Shown: one piece after another, positions 40,389 to 50,473 of the stretch
How the letters are laid out: each line of letters opens with the position of its first letter
Position numbering within the stretch: position 1 is the first letter of the stretch
Assembly (NCBI GenBank): GCA_963422735.1
Contig: OY730476.1
Coordinates: forward strand, 928,001 to 992,000
Direction: 5' to 3'
DNA from: Candidatus Latescibacterota bacterium
Lineage (GTDB): Bacteria; Latescibacterota; UBA2968; UBA8231
DNA: 64,000 nt
Notes under the pieces: model-generated
What the model was told of the DNA's origin: nothing
The model's input: only the letters and a program-made list of their open reading frames with translations
Databases searched by the model: none
Translations under genes and position numbers: made by a program

Positions 40389-41671
40389 ATGAATAAAAAC
40401 AATAACTTACCCCCCCCCCCCCCCCGTGTGATCTGACGATCCTAATCCTCTGTCGCAATGAGGAGAAGTCCATCACCCACTGCGTCGGCGAGGCGCGGGG
40501 GTTTCTGGAACGAAACGCGATTGCCGGAGAAGTTCTGGTGGTGGACAACGACAGTCAGGACCAGTCAGCGGCCCACTCGGCAGCGGCCGGGGCGCGGGTT
40601 GTCCGGGAACCTCATCAGGGCTACGGCAACGCCATCCTCGCTGGCATTGAGGCCGCCCAGGGGGATATTATCATCCTAGGGGACGGCGACGGCGAGCACG
40701 ACCTGGGCGCGCTGGAGCCGCTCTGGGAGAAGTTGCAGGACGGCTGCGATTTCGTGTTCGGAAACCGGTTTTCCGGGAGGAGCAATGACTACCCCGGGTC
40801 GTTTCTGCGCCGCTACGTTGGCAATCCGTTGCTGTCGGGGGCCGGAAAGTTGTTTTTACGCGCACCCGTGGGCGACTTCCACTGTGGATTGAGGGGATTC
40901 AGGGCCGCCAGCGTCCGGGCACTTGAGCTGCAAAGCCCTGGAATGGAGCTGGCTAGCGAAATGATCGCCAAGGCCATCCGCGGGAACATGCGCATCGCCG
41001 AGGTTCCGGTAATGCAGCACCGGGCCATCGACCCCGACCGCGCCTCGCATTTGCGGATCTGGCGAGACGGTTGGCGTCATCTGCGCCTGCTGCTGCTGCT
41101 GTCCCCGCGCTGGCTGTTCCTCTACCCCGGCGCCCTCCTGTTCGTTGCGGGTGTCGTCTTGATGGCCGTGCCGATTATCCACCTGGTGGAAGAGGGAGGC
41201 GGTTTCGGGGCCTACACGATGCTGTTCGGCTCGGTTTTTGTTGTCTCTGGCGGGCAGGTGGTGCTCTTTTCTCTGCTGGCCAGCGCGTTTTATGCAAACA
41301 TCGGCCTGATCGACGGATACTGGCGGGGAGTCATCCACCGTAAAGGCGTACCTGAAGCCCTCTTTGTCGGCGGTTTCGCCCTCGCGCTGCTGGGAATGGC
41401 GGGCAGCGTCTGGAGCCTGTTCGTCTGGGCGCAGACTGGCACGGCTGCCATCGAGGCGCGGCTGCGCGTCGCCATTCCCTCGGTGGCCCTGTTGATTCTG
41501 GGGGTGCAGTTGATGTTTTCCATATCCTTTCTGGCGCTGCTGGTCACCCAGACCAGATCGCGGGCACGGGTAAAGAAACCCCCAACCCCGCGAAGCCTGT
41601 GCAGCGACCCCTCCCGACCGGCCAAGGACGGACCCCGGCATGACGGGAAGGCGCAAGGCCCGCCTGAGTGA
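40389..41671 (+). CDS. GT2 (Dpm1/GtrB-like) glycosyltransferase with TM C-terminus, frameshifted at the poly-C tract
   Basis: The frame from 40427 reads CDLTILILCRNEE...VVDNDS...GYGNA...DGDG...DFHCGLR. C17 or C14 would join it to the ATG at 40389. Confidence 0.85.
40410..40425 (+). repeat. C16 homopolymer within the 5' end of the GT2 gene
   Basis: 16 consecutive C; this puts the ATG at 40389 out of frame with the GT2 ORF. Confidence 0.92.
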
Positions 41672-41739
41672 TTTCCCCTTTGGTCATTATTACGTGGCTG
41701 CTTTGCCGTTCTATCCAGAACCCGGCCTTGCCAAACGCT

Positions 41740-41929
41740 CGCTCGCATCAGGCGATCCTTTCGAACGGCAACTTTCTCCGAAACATAATCGAGGTACTCG
41801 GAAATGGCATCACGTATGTTCGACATAGCTTCATCTTGGGTGCGCGGCCTTGAGACCAGCAGGTAGGGAGAGCCGGACAATGGACCCATAGCCTTCATCC
41901 GATTTAATGAGAACAACCTCATACTGCAT
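41740..41929 (-). pseudogene. HicB-family antitoxin, frameshifted
   Basis: MQYEVVLIKSDEGY / CPALPTCWSQG / RTQDEAMSNIRDAISEYL lie in shifted frames. Confidence 0.75.
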
Positions 41930-42069
41930 TTTCAACTCTCCTTGAGCCAAATTCACAGCAGCCGGAACCCCCTGTCCGCTCAAAGTAGCACAGGCGGCGA
42001 TCACGGTCCAAGCTTCGCGCTTCCAACAATGAGGAATGATACTGACAGCCCCCGACGGGAACAAGCGCC

Positions 42070-44109
42070 ATGAGAACGCCCCGGATTGACCGGTTCACCC
42101 TATTCCTAGCTGCCTTGGGCCTGCTGGGCGCGGCACTCATCCTGCTGCGTATAGCTAACAATGGCGTGGAGATAGAGGGAGATGCCCTGCTGTACGTATC
42201 GACGGCGCAGGGTCTGTTGGCGGGGAACGGATTCGCCTCCAATTGGGGGCACCTCTACGAAAACGCGGCACCTCTGTTCCCATTGGCCCTAGCCTCCGCC
42301 GGCCTACTTGGTCTCAATGTGATCAATGCGGCCGGATACATCAATGCCGCCGCCTTCGGGCTGACGGCCTTCGCCACAGCTATATGGCTGCGCCGCCGCG
42401 TCCGTTCGCGCTGGCTGGTGGTTTGGGCGGGCGGCACTTGCATCCTGTCGCTGTCGCTGGTTTATGTTTCGACGCGAGCCTGGACGGAACCGCTGTTCAT
42501 CCTGTTCCTGGTCCTCGCGCTGTTCGCTTTGGACCGGTTCCTAGACACGCGTCAACGCTCGTTCCTGCTGCTGGCGGCGGGGTACGCCGCCCTGGTCTGT
42601 CTGACCCGCTATATCGGGTTGACCCTGGTCTTGAGCGCGCTGCTGTTGCTGTTGCTGCAGCGGGGCGCAACCTTCCCGGCGAGGATAGGGAACGCCGCTG
42701 TCTTTTCTGTCCTTGCGCTGACGCCCATCGGCCTGTGGATGCTGCGCAACTTGCTGAATTCGGGAACGCTGACCGGAGCGGTTTACCCGACGAACTTTTG
42801 GTTGCTGTCCAGTCTGCACCGTGCCAGTTCGGAGCTGGTCAAGTGGATATTGGGGACCGGTGTTTTTTATGTTCTGGATAGGTGGATTGCCCGAATATCC
42901 GGCATCTCTATTAGCGGAGAGCCTACTATTGAGGGAGTGGCAGTGAAGCTGGCGCTGCTGCTGGTTTGGGCAGCTGCCGTTGGGTATCTGCTCTTTCGCC
43001 TGCACCGTGGCGGCTACCGGCAAAATTGGGGGATCTGGGCGATTCCGTCCGTTTTCATCGGGGTCTATGGGCTGGCGCTGGTCGTTTCGCTGCCGCTTAC
43101 CGATGTAGATCTGCCCTCGCGGTATCTGGCACCGCTATATCCGCCGACGCTGGTGATGGCTGTGCTGGCCTTAAACGAGTTCTTGCGCTGGGGCGAAGGG
43201 CAGAAGCCGTTGGCGGAATTGCGGTTCCTGCAAAAATGGAACTTGAACGGGGTGAAAAGGCTGACGCCAAGTTTGCCGGTGGCTATTCTGGCGATTGGCC
43301 TTTCCCTCTGGCTGGCGCAGCAAGTCTATATCAACTACCGCAAAGTGGACTGGTGGATGAACACGCGTACTGGCTACCGGACCAATTACGGCTCCAGAGA
43401 GTGGGAAAACTCGGAGACTATCCATTATCTACGGTCGCACCCGCCCAATGCTCACATCTGGACCAATTTGCGTGTTGCGCTTCGCTTGTTGACAGACATT
43501 CAGGACCGGATTCATCCCCTGGAGTTCCCGCTGTCGAAGGGTCCCAAGCCTTGGTTCATGGCTGGCGAAGATACGTACTTCGTCTTGTTCCACAGCGGAT
43601 TTTCAGGGGATTCAGAATATGAGCATGCCTTCAGGCAGGTTGCCGCGCTGCCGGCAATAGAAACGGTGGCGGAGCTGGAGGATGGCGTTATATTGAAAGC
43701 CGTCAAGGATACATCAGGCTACGCCGGGACGCTGGACGAAGGCGCACTTTTGCGGGCCGGGTTGCCGAAGGAGGCTCAGCCGGTCATCCGTTCCGTCTTC
43801 AATGTGTACCGGGAGGAGGGGGAGAACCGGCTGATTTACGCTCGGGATGATTGCAGCGAGGCGGACATCGCGCCGCCGTTCTTCCTGCACATTGGCCCGG
43901 TCAACCAGGCCGATCTGCCGGGACAGCGGCGGCAATACGGTTACGATAACCTGGATTTCCCCTTTGACGGTTATGGGTTCCGGTCCGACGGGCTATGTGT
44001 TGCCAAGGTGGACTTGCCCGACTACGACATCGCCGAAATCCGCACCGGTCAGTTCGTTTCGGACCAGGGCCAGCTCTGGAGAGGGGAGTTCAACTTTGCC
44101 GACGAGTAG
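42070..44109 (+). CDS. GT-C fold (PMT/ArnT-like) membrane glycosyltransferase with a soluble C-terminal domain
   Basis: D..LY, PLFPL, WTEPLF, LTRYIG and RYLAP motifs; about 12 TM segments. Confidence 0.8.
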   Translation: MRTPRIDRFTLFLAALGLLGAALILLRIANNGVEIEGDALLYVSTAQGLLAGNGFASNWGHLYENAAPLFPLALASAGLLGLNVINAAGYINAAAFGLTAFATAIWLRRRVRSRWLVVWAGGTCILSLSLVYVSTRAWTEPLFILFLVLALFALDRFLDTRQRSFLLLAAGYAALVCLTRYIGLTLVLSALLLLLLQRGATFPARIGNAAVFSVLALTPIGLWMLRNLLNSGTLTGAVYPTNFWLLSSLHRASSELVKWILGTGVFYVLDRWIARISGISISGEPTIEGVAVKLALLLVWAAAVGYLLFRLHRGGYRQNWGIWAIPSVFIGVYGLALVVSLPLTDVDLPSRYLAPLYPPTLVMAVLALNEFLRWGEGQKPLAELRFLQKWNLNGVKRLTPSLPVAILAIGLSLWLAQQVYINYRKVDWWMNTRTGYRTNYGSREWENSETIHYLRSHPPNAHIWTNLRVALRLLTDIQDRIHPLEFPLSKGPKPWFMAGEDTYFVLFHSGFSGDSEYEHAFRQVAALPAIETVAELEDGVILKAVKDTSGYAGTLDEGALLRAGLPKEAQPVIRSVFNVYREEGENRLIYARDDCSEADIAPPFFLHIGPVNQADLPGQRRQYGYDNLDFPFDGYGFRSDGLCVAKVDLPDYDIAEIRTGQFVSDQGQLWRGEFNFADE

Positions 44110-44136
44110 CCGGGCGCGGCCCGGTCCATAAGCGGC

Positions 44137-44447
44137 CTCGGCTACAAACCAACGGACCGGGAGTTTGACAAACTCGGCTGCGATATCGAGTCGCGGGCGC
44201 CTAGCACGGGGCGGCTGCGCTTCATCGAGGTCAAGGGCCGTGCAAGCGGAGCGGCGACCATCACTGTGACTCTCTACAGCCTCAATAAACCCGACGACTT
44301 CATTCTCGCCATAGTCGAATTTTTGGACGATGGCAGGCACCGCGTACGCTACCTGCGCCACCCCTTTCAGCGCGAACCTGATTTTGGCGCACCAGCGTCA
44401 ACTACGACTTCGCCAAGCTGCTAGCGCGGGCCGAGGCCCCAGCCTGA
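44137..44447 (+). pseudogene. C-terminal DUF3883/NOV nuclease-like relic of an SNF2 helicase
   Basis: LGYKPTDREFDKLGCDIESR...RFIEVKGR...LNKPDDFILAIV...REPDFG/TSVNY, with no start and a frameshift. Confidence 0.8.
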
Positions 44448-44450
44448 ATT

Positions 44451-45563
44451 ATGCCCAACTATTGCCCCGCCCCCCACGACTGGCAGCGCTGTAGCCCCGC
44501 CCAAGCCGGCTTCGACGCCGACAAACTGGCCGCGGCGTTGGCCTTCGCCCAAACTCAGGAGATCCAAGCCTCTACCAATTTGGCCGCCATGCTGCCCAAG
44601 GGCGACCGCCACCCCAACGACCGTCCTTTAGGTCCCCTCAAAAAACGCAGTTCCACAGCCGGCCTGATCGTGCGGCAAGGGTATCTGGTCGCCACCTTCG
44701 GCCCGGTCGATAGCGTCGAAGTTACGTTCAGTTGCGCCAAGAGCTATATCTCGGCACTGGCCGGGGTGGCCTTTGACCAAGAGCTAATCCGCGATCTCGA
44801 CGAACCCGTCGGTCGCACGGTCTTGGACGGCGGCTTTGACGCGCTGCAAAACCAGTCCATCACTTGGCGTCATTTGCTGCAACAAACCAGCGAGTGGGAA
44901 GGCGATCTCTTCGGCCTTCCCGACTGGATCGACCGCGGCCGTCAGCTAGGCCAAAATGCCGCCGAAGCCACGGTGGGCGGCGCGGCCTCGAGTGCCGACG
45001 ATTACCGCTCTTTGGAACCGCCCGGCACCTTTTGGGAATACAACGACGTGCGCGTCAACCGCACGGCCCTCAGCCTGTTGCGCCTTTTTCGCGGCCCCTT
45101 ACCCCTAGTGCTCAAAGAGAGCATCATGGACCCCATTGGGGCCTCTTCTACTTGGCAATGGCACGGGTACGAAACCTCTTGGGTTGAAGAAAGCGGCCAA
45201 AAGGTCCAATCCGTCTCCGGCGGTACGCACTGGGGCGGCGGCCTGTGGATCACCACCTACGACCACGCCCGCTTTGGCCTGCTCTTCCAGCGGCGAGGGC
45301 GCTGGCACGGCCGCCAACTCCTCTCCGAACAGTGGATTGACCACTCCCTCGCCTTCTGCCCCATCAAGCCCGAATACGGTTTCCTATGGTGGCTCAATCA
45401 CCAGCATGCTATGTCCAATTTAGCCTGTCCTGACAGCTTTGCGGCCCGTGGGGCCGGCGGCAATATCGTCTTTGTCGAGCCTGAGCGCGAGCTGGTCATT
45501 GTCCTGCGCTGGTGTGGCGATGCTAAAGCCGTGATCGACCGCATCCTCGCCAGTGAAGTTTGA
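44451..45563 (+). CDS. Serine hydrolase, beta-lactamase family
   Basis: SCAK (SxxK), HLLQQTS, PGTFWEYN and YGFLWW motifs. Confidence 0.9.
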   Translation: MPNYCPAPHDWQRCSPAQAGFDADKLAAALAFAQTQEIQASTNLAAMLPKGDRHPNDRPLGPLKKRSSTAGLIVRQGYLVATFGPVDSVEVTFSCAKSYISALAGVAFDQELIRDLDEPVGRTVLDGGFDALQNQSITWRHLLQQTSEWEGDLFGLPDWIDRGRQLGQNAAEATVGGAASSADDYRSLEPPGTFWEYNDVRVNRTALSLLRLFRGPLPLVLKESIMDPIGASSTWQWHGYETSWVEESGQKVQSVSGGTHWGGGLWITTYDHARFGLLFQRRGRWHGRQLLSEQWIDHSLAFCPIKPEYGFLWWLNHQHAMSNLACPDSFAARGAGGNIVFVEPERELVIVLRWCGDAKAVIDRILASEV

Positions 45564-45746
45564 GGCCCGAACGAGTTGGAGAGCAATGTCGCGCGGCGCG
45601 TGGAGGACTTGGAGCGTTCGGGCGAATTTGTCGCGTCTGGCCGCGGTGCGTTGCACCTAGCCACCTTGACCGAAACAATAAGGTTTAGGCATTAACGAAC
45701 ACAATCTCTAGTTCGCCCCATCGCCCCCGACCCATAAGCCCGCCGT

Positions 45747-47000
45747 ATGCCCGCCCAATATCTGCGAACAATTCGCCATTTCAATCGCGACATCCGCCTG
45801 TATCTGTTTGCTTCTGGGTTGGTTGGATTTTGCCTATTCAGCGGCATTTACTCGCTATTGTTCAATTTATATCTGCTGCGGCTGGGCTATGGCCCCGCAT
45901 TCGTCGGCCAAGTCAACGCCGTCGGCGGCCTGGCCTTTGCCCTGTCCAGCCTACCGAGCAGTTTCCTCGGCGGCCGTTGGGGCAATCGTCGCACAATGAT
46001 CCTCGGCCTTGGCTTGGCCCTCGTCGGCCATGCGCTGCTTTCCCAAGCTGAGTTCGTCCCTAATATCCACCAGCAGTGCTTCATTCTCAGCATGAACTCC
46101 CTCGGATTACTCGGCATCTCGCTATATATCGTCAACGGCTATCCCTACTTGATGGGTATCTCCAGCGCCGCACAGCGCCACCTCGTATTCTCGCTCCAAG
46201 CCGCTCTCTTTCCCCTTGCGGGTTTCGCTGGCAGTTTGATCGGGGGTTTCCTGCCGGGCGGCTTTGCTGGCCTCTTACAACTTTCCCTCGACCATCCCAC
46301 CCCCTATCGGCATACATTGCTCGGTGCCTCCTTGTTACTCACCCCAGGCGTATTTGCCCTTGTGGCGACGGGTCAAGAGACCCGCGAACACTATGAGGAC
46401 ACTCCAACGGATGCCACTCCCTTGCCTCTCAAGCTCATCCTGCTACTCTCTTTTATTGCGTTTCTTTATACCGCCAGTGAAGGCGCAGTCCGCACTTTTT
46501 TAAATGTCTATCTAGATGACGCATTAAATGCGAGTACCGCCCTAATTGGCACGCTGGCTGCTTCAGGACAATTACTCGCCATTCCCGCCGCCCTAATGAT
46601 GCCCTTTCTAGTGCGACGTTTTGGTAGCACCCGCACATTCAATGGAGCAGTTTTGTGCTCGGCTCTGATATTGGTCCCCCTCGCTTTAATTTCTCATTGG
46701 GCCATCGCTGGTTTATGCCTTATGGGCACGATGTGCCTAGCGGGGATCCGCCGACCGGCCTTTACCGTTTTCCAACAGGAAATGATGCCACTGCGCTGGC
46801 GGACAGCGATGGCCGGGGCGGCGGGCACGACGACCGGCCTTGGTTATGCCGGCATATCTCTAGGTGGGGGGTACATGATTGAAGCGGTGGGATATCGCGC
46901 TCTATTTCTTATGGCAGGTTGCTTAACTGCCTCTGGCGCGGCGATTTTTTGGCTTTGTTTTAGGCATCGCGACACTCGTGGTCAAGCAGGCTCTGGCTAG
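45747..47000 (+). CDS. MFS transporter
   Basis: 12 TM segments and the GRWGNRR motif; 417 aa. Confidence 0.9.
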   Translation: MPAQYLRTIRHFNRDIRLYLFASGLVGFCLFSGIYSLLFNLYLLRLGYGPAFVGQVNAVGGLAFALSSLPSSFLGGRWGNRRTMILGLGLALVGHALLSQAEFVPNIHQQCFILSMNSLGLLGISLYIVNGYPYLMGISSAAQRHLVFSLQAALFPLAGFAGSLIGGFLPGGFAGLLQLSLDHPTPYRHTLLGASLLLTPGVFALVATGQETREHYEDTPTDATPLPLKLILLLSFIAFLYTASEGAVRTFLNVYLDDALNASTALIGTLAASGQLLAIPAALMMPFLVRRFGSTRTFNGAVLCSALILVPLALISHWAIAGLCLMGTMCLAGIRRPAFTVFQQEMMPLRWRTAMAGAAGTTTGLGYAGISLGGGYMIEAVGYRALFLMAGCLTASGAAIFWLCFRHRDTRGQAGSG

Positions 47001-47065
47001 CTTCTCGCGAAGTCGCAAGCGACCACACCGCCTATATTCGTCGAATGAATTTTGAGCAGCCGATT

Positions 47066-47250
47066 TTAAACCAGCACGTCGGCTAGCTCTTGGGCCTGAA
47101 CCCGACGAAGCCACTTCCTCGGTGGACAGGCGGTGGGCAATGACCAAGGTGGTGCGGTTGTGGATGAGGCGCTGGGACGGCGGATGACCAACAGAGGCAG
47201 CAGACTGGCAGCGACAAAGAGGAATCCGCAGCCAATGGTCAAAGCCAAGA
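47066..47250 (-). pseudogene. Small remnants including an ABC ATPase C-terminal motif
   Basis: LIHNRTTLVIAHRLST plus a TM-like fragment in another frame. Confidence 0.5.
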
Positions 47251-47306
47251 GGGTGGGTTGGGGACGGACGAGGCGATGGAACTGGCAATGGTTTTTCTGG
47301 CCAAGG

Positions 47307-48563
47307 TCAAAAATAGAACAGCAACAGCGGGATTTCCATTTCGGCCGGAGTCAAGCCCCCGTGGGAGCCGCGCGATTTGATCTCGAATTTGTCCTTTTCG
47401 TACCACCAGACCGACTCGCCGGCAAAGGGCAGGACGACCAAGTTGCCCACTCGTTCGAGAAAGCGAGTGGACATAGGCGGCGGCCCAAAGAGGCCGGCTT
47501 CGATCAGATCGGCGGTGCGGCAGACTTGGGCGCGGCCTTTAAGTTGGCGGGCCAGCAGGGCGTGGGCTTCATCGAGCCGGTCGTCTGCGACATAGAGAAA
47601 GAAATCGCGGGCCGAGCCGGCCGGCACAAGGAGGCGGCCACCGCGGTCGGTGCGCAGTAGGGGCACTAGGCCGGGGAAGCGAGCCGAGTTATTGAGGTAC
47701 AGGGTGGTTTTCGGATCGATCGGGGCCAGACCGTGGTCCGCGGTCAGCATGAACAGAGTGCGCTGCAGACGGCCGGCTAGCGGACGCCAAAAGAGCCGCT
47801 CGACCGCAGTCAGAAAGGTGTCGATTTCGGCCCGGAATTGCGGCGAGTCTGGGCCGTAGCGATGGCCTATGACGTCGATTTGGTCGAAGTAGAACAGGAA
47901 ATAGGCCGGTCCTGAACGCGGTTTTTGCAGCAGGTCGGTCAGATTGGTTAGGGCCTCGGAAAGAGTGCGGAAAGGATGGACTTGAGCACCTTGCAAATAC
48001 GCGTCAGAACAGGTCGAGGGGGTAAAGGCACTGCTTTGCAAAACGCAGCTTTCGACCCCCAACCGCCCCAATTCTTGGTACAACGTGCCTTGGGGAAAGA
48101 CGGTCTGGGCCGCTTCCCGCGGCAGCGAATTGGGCTGGCTGCTGCCGGCTGGGGCAAAGGGCAGCGGGGTGATAATGGCGTCGAGGGTAGGCTCGTAGTA
48201 CTGCCATTCAAAGACGCCGCTGCGCCCGACCGGCTGGCCAGTATGAATGCAGGTGACGTGGGCGGCAGTGGTGGATGGAAACTGCGCGGTGAGACGAGCC
48301 ACCCATCCCCCGCGGCCAATATCGCTTAGGAAGGGATAGCAATTTTGGCAGCGCTCGAAAAAGCGCCAGCCAAAGGCGTCGATAAAAAAGAGCACTACAG
48401 TGTCACAAGGGCCTTGCACAGCCGTCAGCAGCGCCGGATCGAGGCTGGGCGATCCTTGGCCCGTCAGGATCCATTTGATGGTAGCTGGCAAGTCGGCAAA
48501 ACAGTGGCCGTTATAGCGAGGGCGGATGAATCGAGCGTCGAGCACGATGCGGCAGAGACTCAC
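47307..48563 (-). CDS. Alkaline phosphatase / nucleotide pyrophosphatase family protein
   Basis: IDAFG, FPSTT, D..GH.YGP, TADHG and GSHGGLT motifs; the start overlaps the upstream stop (GTGA). Confidence 0.88.
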   Translation of the reverse strand: MSLCRIVLDARFIRPRYNGHCFADLPATIKWILTGQGSPSLDPALLTAVQGPCDTVVLFFIDAFGWRFFERCQNCYPFLSDIGRGGWVARLTAQFPSTTAAHVTCIHTGQPVGRSGVFEWQYYEPTLDAIITPLPFAPAGSSQPNSLPREAAQTVFPQGTLYQELGRLGVESCVLQSSAFTPSTCSDAYLQGAQVHPFRTLSEALTNLTDLLQKPRSGPAYFLFYFDQIDVIGHRYGPDSPQFRAEIDTFLTAVERLFWRPLAGRLQRTLFMLTADHGLAPIDPKTTLYLNNSARFPGLVPLLRTDRGGRLLVPAGSARDFFLYVADDRLDEAHALLARQLKGRAQVCRTADLIEAGLFGPPPMSTRFLERVGNLVVLPFAGESVWWYEKDKFEIKSRGSHGGLTPAEMEIPLLLFYF

Positions 48564-49432
48564 AAAAAGCGCGTAATTCCAAAGCCCATGCGCCAGTTGC
48601 CAAGGGCCGCTTCGTCGGGTGCCCCCACCAAGTACTGGGATGGGCTGAGGCGCGTATTGTTGGTGGCGAATATGTAAAAGGTATGCCCCCCCGTATCTAT
48701 GGACAGGCCCCAAGCCAGCGAATTGTAGGAGCGGCCCGTTTCGCCCGGCAATAAAATGCCTTGGTACCCGGCCAAGGTCGGACTGTACTCCAACCACACG
48801 CCCCACGTATCGTTCAGGTAATACTGGACATAGGTTCCTAAAGTAAAGGTGTACTGCGCATCGACGCTGAAAATGGTGCTGTTGTATAGATAGGAAGGCA
48901 CTAACCCTATACCCAATGTTTCGTCCAATAGCGCATTGAAAATCAATTGCCCATAGTACTGAAAATTATCAGCCGCAGTAGCCTTTCGATCGACTATAGC
49001 CGGCATATCCGTATTCCAAGCCACGCCGACGTTTAGGGCCAAGACCATCGGCAAGCGCTTGAGGGGGAATTGCAGCCAATGGTACTGCAACTGTAGATCC
49101 AAATTGTCCAGCACATTACTCCGCCCCAAGGTCGCCATCAACCGGTCGCTGAGGCCGTAACTAAGCGAGGTGCGGATATTGGCCGGTCCATCAAAACCGA
49201 AATTGGCCTTGTACCCCTCGTCAATAGGCGGGAGAAAGCGGTGCGAAATCTCGTAGTGGAAATCGCCTTGATACAGCGTTTCAGCGGTGGGGTAATTGGC
49301 CATCTTGATAGCAAAGAACAACTCCAGCCGGGGCTCGGTCAGCGCACTCGCCTGCCACGACGGCTGAGCACCAGCCCAGACCGGCAACAGCCCGCCCCAG
49401 ATCGCTCCCAACCACAAGACGCGAATGTTCAC
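48560..49432 (-). CDS. DUF5777-family outer-membrane beta-barrel
   Basis: Signal peptide; ISHRF, FGFD..ANIR and IDTGGHTF motifs; C-terminal GFGITRF. Confidence 0.8.
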   Translation of the reverse strand: MNIRVLWLGAIWGGLLPVWAGAQPSWQASALTEPRLELFFAIKMANYPTAETLYQGDFHYEISHRFLPPIDEGYKANFGFDGPANIRTSLSYGLSDRLMATLGRSNVLDNLDLQLQYHWLQFPLKRLPMVLALNVGVAWNTDMPAIVDRKATAADNFQYYGQLIFNALLDETLGIGLVPSYLYNSTIFSVDAQYTFTLGTYVQYYLNDTWGVWLEYSPTLAGYQGILLPGETGRSYNSLAWGLSIDTGGHTFYIFATNNTRLSPSQYLVGAPDEAALGNWRMGFGITRFL

Positions 49433-49449
49433 GGTTAATCTCCCCTGCC

Positions 49450-50046
49450 CTATCGCACGTGTTTTAAGTAGAATGAGACCTCGACGGCAATTTCCTCGCT
49501 CACTTTGACAAAGGCCGCGAGGGAGGGTGCTTTGATGTTGTAGTCGGCCAGTTTAATAGTGAAAGTCGCCGCGATCTTGGAGTACCCTTCTTCCACCACT
49601 ACGGTCCCGGGCACTTCTACGGCGCGGTCCACCCCGTGTAGCGACAGGATTCCCTTGGTCTTGACTCGATAGGCGACCACGGTGGAATCGACTGCGGTGT
49701 GTTCGGCGATCTCCCCTTTGTACACGGCTTTGGGCCACTTGTCTGTGTCCAGCACTTGGCGCATGTCGCGGTCCCGCTTGCCAATACCCGTATCGAAGCT
49801 GGCTAGGTCCACTTCAAAATGCAGTTGGTCCTTTGCGGCAAAAAGCGACTCGCCTTCCCAATAGATAAAGCCGTCAATTTTATCGGTCGTGCCGGTAAAA
49901 GTGAGGACCACCACCTTGGAAGTGAACGCGACTTGGTTGTTCCTGCCTGAAGGCGGAGTAAGGCCCTCGACCTTTTTATCGACGTGCCATTCGCCGCCTT
50001 GGACGGCTACGGGCGAGCAGATCAGGAACAGGATGAGCCAGCGCAT
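49450..50046 (-). CDS. YceI-family protein
   Basis: FDTGIGKRDRDM, GILSLHGV and F.IKLADYNI motifs. Confidence 0.9.
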   Translation of the reverse strand: MRWLILFLICSPVAVQGGEWHVDKKVEGLTPPSGRNNQVAFTSKVVVLTFTGTTDKIDGFIYWEGESLFAAKDQLHFEVDLASFDTGIGKRDRDMRQVLDTDKWPKAVYKGEIAEHTAVDSTVVAYRVKTKGILSLHGVDRAVEVPGTVVVEEGYSKIAATFTIKLADYNIKAPSLAAFVKVSEEIAVEVSFYLKHVR

Positions 50047-50062
50047 AAACCTAAGAAGCGAA

Positions 50063-50473
50063 TTAGTCGTTGGGTGCTCCCTTTTCTATCCAAGTGCGCA
50101 CCGTTTCGAGCGCGTCCGGCGTCAGATACGGCCCGTTAGGGGGCATGCGGACTCCAGCAATATCAGCATCTGCCAACAGTTTGCGATACAGATAGCTGTT
50201 GTCTGGATCGTCCGGATCGACCAGAGCCAAACCACGGCTGCTCTCCACATCGACGATATTGTCGTATGCTTGTCCGGCCGACAAGTTGGGCCAAGCGCTG
50301 TCGCCGTGGCAGCCGCTCAAAGCGCAGGAAACATCGAATATCGTCTTTTGCACCTGCGCAAAGGTCGCCGGTCCTTCGGCGACAGAGTCGAATACCATGT
50401 CCGCGCTCGTGGTCGGGCCAGAGCAAGAGATCCCCATACATACCAACGCGACGAGCACGATGAGCGCTTTCAT
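50063..50473 (-). CDS. Lipoprotein with a cytochrome c-like domain (CX4CH)
   Basis: Lipobox GISC; CALSGCH, PDNSYL, MPP and WIEKGAPND motifs. Confidence 0.8.
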   Translation of the reverse strand: MKALIVLVALVCMGISCSGPTTSADMVFDSVAEGPATFAQVQKTIFDVSCALSGCHGDSAWPNLSAGQAYDNIVDVESSRGLALVDPDDPDNSYLYRKLLADADIAGVRMPPNGPYLTPDALETVRTWIEKGAPND

